From the NCBI GenBank assembly GCA_010093705.1, contig MU006089.1:1614455-1658485 (forward strand): a stretch of DNA of 44,031 nucleotides, read 5' to 3'. This stretch comes from Patellaria atrata CBS 101060 (Eukaryota). The notes beneath the pieces were generated by a model that ran no database searches, was not told the DNA's origin, and saw only the letters and a program-made list of their open reading frames with translations. The position numbers and the translations under genes were made by a program. Shown here in pieces: positions 14,101 through 23,280 of this stretch; positions within the stretch are counted from its first letter, which is position 1; every line of letters begins with the position of its first letter.

Positions 14101-15193
14101 TTACGCTCTAGCATATTGGTGGTAAGCACATATTCTTGCTATCTTGATTTCTATCACGCTCATCTTCGGTAATAGGGGTTCCAAGCAAGTTCGAAGTGGG
14201 AAATATACTGTTCGAGATTTCTTCATTGTACTACCAGCTCTATTATTCTCGGCTCAAGCAGCAGGTCAGATGTTCAGCCTTGCTCCCGAGGTAACGCGAG
14301 CCAAACAAGCAGCTCAAAGCGTTTTCACGCTCCATGATCAGCGACCGTCTATCATGAGCGAAGCGGCTCTAGACCCAACCTCCTACTTGAAACGACAGGG
14401 CAGTAGTTCTGATGCTTCACCTGACTCAAGAAAGATGTCTACCTCGAGAAGGGGAGATATCGATTTCTTGAACGTGTGGCTAACTTACGATTTCCGACCA
14501 GACATTGCGGCTCTGAAGAACATAAATCTAGGTATCCGTGCTGGGCAGTTCATAGCATTTGTCGGCAGGTCCGGAGCAGGGAAGTCATCGATGATAGCAT
14601 TGATCGAGAGGTTTCTAGACCCATCCTCGGGAACAATACTGTTTGATGGTGAAGATATTCGAACGGTTCCCGTGCCACTCCATAGGGGACGTATTGGATT
14701 GGTGGCTCAAGAGTCGGACCTATTCCCAGGGACTGTGACGTTCAACGTCAGTTTAGGAAGAAGTCCAGGGCAAATTGTCACTGAAGCGGACGTCATCAGG
14801 GCATGCAAGCAGTGTGGTATTCATGATTTCATTATGGGCTTGCCAGAAGGTTATCAGACAGAGTGCGGGAAAAACGGATCAAGACTTTCGGGTGGTCAAA
14901 GACAGAGAATCGCCATCGCTCGAGCTTTGATTCGAGATCCGGAAATATTACTGCTAGATGAGGCAACTTCTCAGCTCGATGCTCAAAGCGAACAGGCCGT
15001 CCAAAAAGCAATCGCGGCCGCATCTTCCGGGCGGACAACTATCATGGTGGCTCACCGGCTCGCCAGCGTCCAAAATGCAGACTGCATATACGTGTTTGAC
15101 CACGGTAGTATAGTCGAATATGGGAGACATGAAGATCTGGTCGCCAGAGGCGGCATATACATGGGCATGGTTGCTGCTCAAGAGTTGAGCTAA
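11165..15193 (+). CDS. Full-length ABCB/MDR-type ABC transporter (TMD-NBD-TMD-NBD); exons 11165-14121, 14176-15193
   Basis: ATG in ACCATGG context at 11165. NBD1 GPSGSGKST / LSGGQKQR / LILDEYTSAMD / IAHR; NBD2 GRSGAGKSS / LSGGQRQR / LLLDEATSQLD / VAHR; two hydrophobic TMDs. Intron 14122-14175 (GTAAG...AATAG) restores AYWWGSKQV. An upstream extension is possible (see findings). Confidence 0.93.
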
Positions 15194-15642
15194 TCTTTTT
15201 CACTTTGTAGAATCTTGAACACAATGCGACCTCTCTATGCAACCTAGAGTACCCAAGCATTTGAGAGTCTTTTCAGAGCCTAGAACTGTTATGTATGGCC
15301 TGTCTTCACGGCTGTTCTCAGTCAAGCACCTAATATGATGTATTTTGAATAATCGCTCACTTAGCTATCTTTTGAGGCCAATATCAGATGAGTGAGGCGG
15401 TGGATACTCCAGCCTAGCCAACTTTTATGTAACATTAATCGCAGGACGCATGAGGTGGTATGGTACGGCGGTAGAATTATTCTAAAGTCTCCTCCGAAAT
15501 ATCTACAATTACAAGGGATCTACAATTATCATGAGATATGGGCCAAGTAAAACAATGTTGTACCCCAGCAACGCCCCTCTCGGTTACTAGAGTTAGGGTG
15601 TTTTGTGGGAAGAGCCGAAGGTCGGAGGTTATGCAAGAACGG

Positions 15643-15651
15643 ATCAGATAA
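15643..15651 (+). promoter_or_regulatory. Exact ATCWGATAA SreA-type GATA motif upstream of sidA
   Basis: ATCAGATAA at 15643-15651; near-copies ATCAGATGA (15383) and ATCAGATAT (15977); simple HGATAR at 16502 and 16677. Iron repression of sidA orthologues by this GATA factor is established knowledge. Confidence 0.55.
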
Positions 15652-16667
15652 CTTTAAATGAGCCTTGCTTTACAAGCATGGTGTCAAACTTGGCGGTATT
15701 TTCCCTCTGATCTTTCTAATCTTTCTCCCCTAGAGCTCCATCTATGCTATGTAATTTCATCCCCACGCTAGACAAACGCAGAGGCCTCGTGTTGGCGACG
15801 TCGTGGGATCCTCGATCCACGAGGTTACCAGCTTTGGTGCCGTCGGGCAACCAGGGGCCTTACGGAGAGGTAACCAGGTGAGGGGAAAATCTTCGCCGCG
15901 TGCTGACCTAAAGGACTGACGTTCGACTCGGTAACGTCATCTTGGACGAACTATGGCATCCCGTTTCGGGCAAAGGATCAGATATGATTAGATGCGGATC
16001 CCGGCGACCTTCCGTCATACTTTTGCTCCCTTGTCCTTCCGTTTGGACTCCACCATCAGCATTCAGCTCTCCATGCTTCCCACTGCCGCTGTAATGGATA
16101 TTTCGCAATTGCGGAGATTGCTCATCCCAAAAGTATCAATCCCTCTGGTTCTTCCGCAGTCTGGATTCTGCACAGATGAAACACGTCGTAGCAACATGCC
16201 TCCTTCGGCCATACGAGCGTTGTCATCCAGCCCTTAGTGGGCGCCATCCGCATGGACAGTAATGGCGTCTATAATGCCCGCCGAGCATGGTGTGGGCATA
16301 TGAGTAAGTAGTGGGTATTCGTTCGCTTGTACTGTACAGGACTTCTGAATTTCTTCCGTCATCAAAATTTTATTCCTTGCTGTCCTAATTCTGGCAATCT
16401 TTCAAAGAGAAAAAGAAAAGGCGAACAAAACTAAAGGGGATACATAATTGAAACACCAGACTTGTACTTCTACAAACTTCGACTGCGTCATCGCTCCTAC
16501 ATGATAATCGCTAAGAGCCATATTTCATCACTTTCAGGGTCCACCGTTCTAAAATAAGACCCTGTTCACACCTAGTTTGCTACGTTTTACCTCGTCCACA
16601 GAATCTCCTAATCGAGCAATCAATCTTCTCGTCCTACTTTTTACCCTCAATCATCTACAAGTAAAAG

Positions 16668-16761
16668 GTACAGCATAGATAAACATCTTGTAGGGTTTAC
16701 GCTCATCTTTTGTTCATCTCCACAAAGTTGTACCCGCTGACTTACGGTCAATTTATTCCAG
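16668..16761 (+). other. Probable 5'-UTR intron of sidA
   Basis: Strong branch GCTGAC (~16736) and acceptor TTATTCCAG (16761), 50 nt before the ATG. The donor is uncertain (AG|GTACAG at 16668 is the nearest candidate). Confidence 0.45.
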
Positions 16762-16810
16762 ATACCTGGTTTCGTAGAGATATAGGATCATAAAATTCCC
16801 ACTCGCAAAT

Positions 16811-18472
16811 ATGAGTCCTCATATGCTGACCAGATCCCGATCGTCGAGTAGCTCTGCTGTTTCCGGGGATTCCTTCATGGAGCAAAGTGGAAAAAACGGC
16901 CATGCTGTTCAAGAATATCGACCTACATATCAGGAGAATCTATCTCAACTACAACGGACCCCAGAGGATGAAATAAACGACGTTATTTGCATTGGATTCG
17001 GTCCAGCATCACTCGCAATAGCGATTGCTTTACAAGATGCCCTTGAATCATCCAAGCGCTCTGAAATCCTCCCTAACCTTTATGGAAGATCACCCAAAGT
17101 GACATTCCTAGAACGTCAGGAACATTTTGCTTGGCATGCTGGAATGTTACTGGAAGGTGCAAAGATGCAGATATCCTTTATCAAAGATCTTGCTACTCTG
17201 AGGGATCCACGTAGTCATTTCACATTCCTCAACTATCTACACCAGCACAACCGGCTTCTTGATTTTACCAATCTCGCCACTTTTCTACCACAGAGAATCG
17301 AATATGAGGACTACATGCGCTGGTGTGCAAGTCATTTTGAGAATGTGGTTGAATACAGCCAAGAGGTCTTAGATGTTGTGCCTGAGAAGAAAGCAGGTAA
17401 CAGCAAAGTCGAGACCTTCATTGTACGGTCCAAGAACTTGAAAACCCAGAATATCACGACCCGACGAGCACGAAACGTCATAGTATCAACCGGAGGAAAA
17501 CCATCAATACCAGAATCGCTTCCTTACTCACATCCTAGAGTAATTCACTCTTCACAGTACGCTCATCTAGCTCCTCAAATTCTCAATGATCCCTCAAAAC
17601 CGTATAAAGTGGCAGTAGTCGGTGGTGGTCAGAGTGCCGCAGAGATCTTTAGCAACATCCAAAACCTCTATCCCAATTCAAAGACATACCTGCTAATTCA
17701 CGGTGGTGCGTTGAAACCTAGCGATGATTCCCCATTGTAAGTCAAGACCTCTATCTAAAGATTCTCAATCCCTACTAATCCAAAGCGTAGTGTCAATGAG
17801 ATATTCAACCCATCCCGTGTTGATGATTACTATCATCGGGACCCTGTAACCCGGGAACAATCGATTACACATGATAAGAACACGAACTATGGCGTAGTTC
17901 GTCTTGAGTTGATTGAGCACATATATGAAAAAATGTATACTCAACGTTTGCGTCTTGGGCATGACGAAAGCCGTTGGCCACACCGCATTCTTCCATACCG
18001 CTCCGTCGTTAGCATTGACGACTCACCTATAGCGGAAGACCAAGTACGAGTACATGTCTACAACAATAGCGGTGATTACTTAGCGCATGAAACGTCTGGA
18101 TACGAAGAGCTGGATGTTGATTTGGTTATGCTAGCTACGGGTTACGAGAGGAATGCACATGAATCTATTCTCAAGGGTGCTAGGCATTTAATGAAAGGTG
18201 GCGATCACGGGGACAACAAGTGGATGGTTGAAAGAAATTATAGGGTCATGTTCGACGACGGTAAAGTCGCTTCCAATTCAGGGGTATGGCTACAGGGATG
18301 CTGTGAGAAGACTCATGGTGTAAGCACTCTTCCATCCCCAAACAGATTCAAACTGATTTGGAAACAGTTGAGTGACACTCTCCTATCCATTGTCGCGACA
18401 AGAAGCGGAGAGATCGTGAAATCGCTATTTGGTAGTGAACGAATTAGGCCCTCGAACGGTCATGCTTCGTGA
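16811..18472 (+). CDS. sidA: L-ornithine N5-monooxygenase; exons 16811-17736, 17791-18319, 18368-18472
   Basis: FAD motif [55 protein letters not shown] motif [10 protein letters not shown], and LATGY. Splicing restores PSDDSPFVNEIFNP and THGLSDTLLS. Introns 17737-17790 and 18320-18367 have GTAAG donors, CTRAY branches and YAG acceptors. Confidence 0.96.
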
Positions 18473-20402
18473 GACGACGCTGTGTCGCCGAAGTATCGCT
18501 CTGAACTATTTCATCTCTCAACAGTCTGGAATATGAGCACATCGGAGCATACGAACAAGCAAGTATATAATTTTACTTTACCATTACTGTGTTCTTGATC
18601 TTCATTGATCGGCGTACTTGGGGAAATAGGGTAGATATCCTTCATCTTCGTGACGAAATTCTTCAACTGATATCATAACTTCAGTCGCGCTATATATGCA
18701 ACCTGGGCTTGATTATACTACGTGACTCCTTCATGATACTGTTCTTCCAACTGAATTGACATTTTCTCACCGTCTCCCAATAGTTCCAGCTACCGGCCAA
18801 TCTCAAGCTCAACACCAACGTTCCACAACATGCGGAGCCACAGAACCTAAACAGCTCTCCATCAGACTATCCTTTGCAACGCCCCCCATCCCACACCATC
18901 CACCAATCCACTTATTTTTACCCCATCTTTCCAGACCAGAAACCGGGTTTCAGCAAACCACTCACAAACTTTCCCCAGCTTCTATATCCCACCATACCAC
19001 TCGAGCTACGCCCACCATCAAATAGACTTTTGCGGCCTCAGCCACCAGCAGGGCATAGAGCCTAAACAACACGGCCGAGAAAAGAGAAAAAGAAATGTAA
19101 GATGTCATATCCGCTGTTGAATACAACCTAGCTTAGCCGCACCCACCATATTCACACCTCCACTTACTTAGAGCTGTAGCACGTGCCATGTCATGCACGG
19201 CATGCAGCGACGGGATATCTATCCCTCCCGCTGCACTAACGTCACCACGATCGTGGATCGCCTGTCCGTTGCCACTCTTCGCCATATCGAAGTGGCGTTT
19301 CGCTTCCCGCTGTCAGTCCCTAACCACTCCCTGATCCTCGCTCCGGAGTGATCTGCAACTTCCTTCTCCTTTTTGAATTGGGAACGGAGGATATGGTCTT
19401 CCTGCTCTCTATGACATCTGATCACATCAATAACCGATGGTCTTCTCTCCACCGCGGACAGATGTTCCAACATGGCAGACAGGATCTCAGACTCGAATGC
19501 GTGGAACCCGAGGGACTCTCCGCTAAGCGATATCGGTGCTTCACCACTTCCTTCTAGTAGCCCTTGAATTGCTCATCAACACGCTAAGCTCTTCTCTATG
19601 TTCCCCCTTCCTATTCCTTTTCTTTTCTATTCCCCTTGACTATGCTTCGACATTGAATCACATCATCTAGTAGACTAAAATGCTCCACGAGTCTCTTTGT
19701 TGCTTCTATTGTATCTTCATGCTCAATCCTCTCCCCTTTTACACCTACCTGCCTATACATCCTTTGTGTGCTAACAGGTTGATTCTATGTCTCTATTTCC
19801 CTTTTTTTATTAGTTCTGCAACTTGGTCGACAACCCCTCAAGCATTCCCCTTTTCTATTAGTTTTACCAAAAGAGTAATGTGGCAAAGTGTAGTACTAGA
19901 TTCTACTACGAAATATAGTATTATTATCCTGCCTATGACAACATGATATCACTCCATTATCCACCGCGAAATCCACAAGAAGTTTGATGTCACCATTGAC
20001 TCTACGATTGACACCCTCAAAGTGACCCTTTATTATCAGCGAGAGTATCTTCACATTTTGCTGACTCCCGATTTTACCATCTAATATCAATTCAGTATCC
20101 TTCAATATCAGACCTAAAGCCAACTCACTCCCCCCAGTAACTTCTCCTATGCGGGCGCCCATTTAGTTCACCGTTCTTCACATCTCCGCTCCGTCAGAAC
20201 CCTAATCTCTGAACCTCTCTCCAATTCTCCCATAGTCGATTCTCCTTGTCAATCTCTCTTCCTCCTGTCCTTGCCCCTTTCGCCCATTTGTACTCTTTCA
20301 ACCCTTATACCTGACTTCTTATATACACCTCCCGTTCCCCACCGATGCTCAGCATCATTCAATAAAGCATATTCGCAAACAGACTTTCCTCCCCAAGTGA
20401 CC

Positions 20403-20682
20403 TGTCACGGGTTAGACCAAATAGGTATAAGTGCCTTGGATGATCCAGCGGCTTAGCTATGCTATACTTTAATAGAACAACTTACGCTGTTCTGGCACTT
20501 TCTCTTACATTCTTTCCTTAAGTTTAAGCTCCATGCATGATCCAGTAGCTTAGTCATGTTGTACTTTAACAGAACAGCTCACGCTGTTCTGATACTCTCT
20601 TTTACTTTCTTTCCTTAAGTTTAAGCTTCATGTATATGTAGCAATATACCTTTCAGCTTCCATCTGAGGTTGAGCCTTAACA
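20403..20682. mobile_element. Solo LTR (280 bp), probably Ty3/Gypsy type
   Basis: Begins TGTCACGG and ends CCTTAACA (TG...CA with imperfect terminal inverted repeat). Flanked by an exact 5-bp direct repeat TGACC (20398-20402 and 20683-20687). TATA-like GGTATAAG near the 5' end; no coding sequence. Confidence 0.8.
20440..20633. repeat. Two-copy 97-bp tandem duplication inside the solo LTR
   Basis: Copies 20440-20536 and 20537-20633 align without gaps; 16 mismatches by my count, 15 of them transitions. Confidence 0.92.
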
Positions 20683-20895
20683 TGACCTCTCAAATCCCCA
20701 CAACACTCTCTTGATAGTAGTCACGTGTTCAAACGATCCAATTCATCTCCTATCCCCTAAAGGCCGTAAAGTATAATCCCAACACTCAAGTTGCTCCTCG
20801 ACAAAGAACAATTAAGAGTAACGGGTTTCATCCCACGTCTACGTGCCTGCGGGCACGTTTGCACCTTATAAGTACCCCCTGGCTGAACATTCATC

Positions 20896-21032
20896 ACCTC
20901 GGGGCCATAACTGAATAGTAACGTACGTGTGTCCCATCCTTAATTGTACAATAATCCCGAGGCCCCGGGTTCGAGCCTCCTCAACGGGGGGAGGGCAGAT
21001 GTATCTCCGCTTCGGCGGGGGGAACTCTTTTT
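20896..21032 (+). ncRNA. tRNA-derived (tRNA-Met-like) Pol III-type unit: degenerate tRNA pseudogene, SINE head or novel small RNA
   Basis: TATAAG at 20867, about 30 nt upstream. GGGGCCA then A-box-like TAACTGAATAG at tRNA position 8; GTCCCAT anticodon-like segment; GAGGCCCCGGGTTCGAGCCTC variable loop/B-box; cUUCGg hairpin 21004-21021; T5 and further T-runs from 21028. The cloverleaf stems are broken, so it is not a functional tRNA. Confidence 0.55.
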
Positions 21033-21630
21033 CATTTTCCTTTTTTTTTAAATCGTTTTGCTTTATCTGTTCTTTTTTCGCTGCGCGAATGATATATACC
21101 AGAGGTGTTTATCTAGTCCCAGTCCGACCAAAACATCAAAATCCAGTCTTGCCATATTACAAAACCAACAAACGTACCTTCTTTCGTTCGACCAACTATC
21201 ACCGCCTTCCGCGATCCCTTATCCTCCTTTATCCCCTCTCCTTCCATCTTCGTCCTCGCTACCCCCTCCCAATCCATCCTCGTGCAAGAAAACGGGCCAT
21301 AAAAGGATATTAAGGTATAACCACCAGCATTAGTAGAGTAGATCTATTATCCCACACCGTTCAATTCCTCCCTGACCACCATCATTCCCACATATATGAA
21401 ACCAAAGACCTCATCCCTCATACCCATGTCCCTTTTCAACTGTTCCCAACCCCTTTACCCATCCCGTCGGTTTAGCGTCAATTGCGTTGGGTAGTCTTAC
21501 ACTTTTGAAATACGTGAGAATCTCTTCAAACCTGAATATCTTACTCTCACGACGTTTCTCGGGATCGCTTTGTGATGCCCCCGGAAGCCACTTAAGGGGT
21601 TTCTATTTCAGCTTGGAGAGGTAGGTGTTT

Positions 21631-23280
21631 TTTTTTTAATTCCATTGTATTGCATTATCTACAATACTGCGCATGCAGCCTTTGAGCTATGGCGCAACTT
21701 CCTATATATATAAATTCCTTTTCAGGGCCCTCATATGCTTGGTGAAGTCTCTAGTGGCTTAGTCCACTGATATTATTTACAAAGGAAAGCTAAGACCTCT
21801 AAAAATCCATATAAAGGAAATTGTAGAAGCATCTATTCTTTCTCATTTTCATCGGTTCTTGGTTTCCAGTTCTATACCATACATCTAGTTATCTTTTGTA
21901 GAATCTACTCTTCCACTCTGTTTACGTCTCCTGCATGCATTAGCCATCTAGCAGTAGAGATTTGAGTTCTTTCTATATATTTTAGTAGCACTTGTTTACC
22001 TAACTTTGTGCAAAAAAGCTTTGTCATTGTTAGATCTAATCTGAGTAGTTTTCTCATTTCTTTACGTTCTCTAGAGTAGTTAGAGCAATGTAAGATAAGG
22101 TGTGTTAGCGTTTAAAGTGATTGGCAGTTTCCAAAGCACTTCCCTTCCTCATCTTTTCCAATCACTTTAGAGTAAGACTTGGAGAATCCAATACCAGTTT
22201 TAAGTTGGATGTAGGCCGCTTGGATCTCTTTCTGTAAATTGGACTTAGATATACTAGGTGAGAAATGCACCCGGTCTCTACAGATGCGCATATGTTTCCC
22301 TTGTTTCTTTCTATTAGACTCCCAATTCTTTTTCCGGTCAGATAGAATCTTCTCTTTGCATTTTCGTTTGATGTGACTGAGTGAAGTGAATGAAGTACCT
22401 ATATGCTTGCGTTCCAGTCCTTTCTTAGCCAGTTTATCTGCTACATCATTCCCAAAGATGTTCTTGTGTCCAGGAACCCAGCAAAAGGTGATCTTCATGC
22501 CCTGTTCATTGGTAAGAGTATTGCATAAGTCAGTTATTAGCACACTTAATTCTTGTCCTCCATCAAGGCTATTCTTTTGTAGCCTCTTAAGTGCTGCTTG
22601 GTTGTCCACAAATACCCACAGCTTTCTGGCAATGGATTGTCCTTTCTCACATTGGGTCTTTTCTCTTTCAAGTGCTTTAAGGATGGCAAACAGTTCTGCA
22701 TCCATGATCTCAACACTGTCTCCTAGGTTCCAGTTGCTGGCAAACAGGATGCGCTGATTGTTTCCTATCTGGCATACCCCTGCAGCATTTCTATTCCCTT
22801 CCTTAGATCCATCGGTATAATAGACACTAACTAGACCATCCCTTATAACTCCTTCTAAGTCTCTGACTAGCTTTTCATGTTCCTTTGATGCCTTTTCTTT
22901 ATCCTCACTAGAGATGATGAATGACGCATTTGGTTTTGCCCTCCAAGGTTGAGTATTGTATACCGAAATCTTTTCCATCTTCCAGTTGGTCACAAAGCCC
23001 TGGGTTCTCTGTAATAGGGAGAGGAGCTGCGTGTTTGTTCTAGCAATGCAACTGATTGAGGTATTGCCTGCTTCTGAGTTGGTGTCTTGGGTTGCATCTA
23101 AGTCATCTCTTCTAAGCTCTTCCACGAGAACTCTCTTAATTAGATGGTCCTTATGGAACTTTAGAGTTCTAAAAGCATAAGAGTTGCACAACTTCTCGAA
23201 TCAAACGATTGGAGGAGGTAAGCCTGCTTCAATCTCCATGGCCATGCTTGGAGAAGTCTTAAAGGCACCCAAAATCATTC
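21631..23280 (-). mobile_element. 5'-truncated non-LTR retrotransposon (LINE, I/Tad-like group) with RNase H and C-terminal CCHC knuckle
   Basis: 12-bp TSD AGGTAGGTGTTT at 21619-21630 and 23281-23292; poly(A) tail (T10 at 21628-21637 on +). ORF2 remnant runs from the RT-thumb-like ILGAFKTSPSMAMEIEAGLPP through RNase H (YTDGS, AELFAI, FVDNQAA, WVPGH..GNDVAD) and CFGNC..THLILHC to a natural TAG at 21905-21907. Confidence 0.93.
21905..23280 (-). pseudogene. Disrupted LINE ORF2 C-terminal fragment
   Basis: A single reading frame interrupted by two in-frame stops: TGA at 23201-23203 (plausibly from CGA) and TAA at 22112-22114 inside the zinc knuckle (plausibly from CAA). No frameshift seen. Confidence 0.88.

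Noticed and set aside
15501..15528. Direct repeat ATCTACAATTA x2 (period 17) as a telomerase template or TSD
   Set aside because: It would encode a non-G-rich telomeric strand and encloses only 6 nt; most likely a small local duplication.
15482..15740. AAAGTCTCC resembling RNase MRP CR-I
   Set aside because: It lacks the preceding G of GARAG, and no matching CR-V (GGRGCTYA) occurs at a suitable distance.
15850..15910. Primary-sequence resemblance to the SRP RNA S-domain (ACCAGG..GCCT..GGAG.GGT.AACC)
   Set aside because: The SRP54-binding helix 8 (CAGG-stem-GNRA-stem-AGCA), the helix 6 GNAR loop and a Pol III terminator are absent.
15592..20205. Telomere-like 8-mers (GTTAGGGT at 15592, AACCCTAA at ~20198) as TER templates
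   Set aside because: Several such 8-mers are expected by chance in 44 kb. The first is on the wrong strand for the structured segment, and the second lies in a transposon-disrupted patch.
20901..20985. Functional tRNA gene
   Set aside because: D, anticodon and T stems contain multiple mismatches, and no 3' acceptor strand follows the T arm.
20961..21027. HDV-like ribozyme (AGCCTCCTC matches the HDV P3/L3 and a P2-like end pairing exists)
   Set aside because: No 7-bp P1 with a G1 wobble, P3 is incomplete, and there is no catalytic C-containing J4/2 strand.
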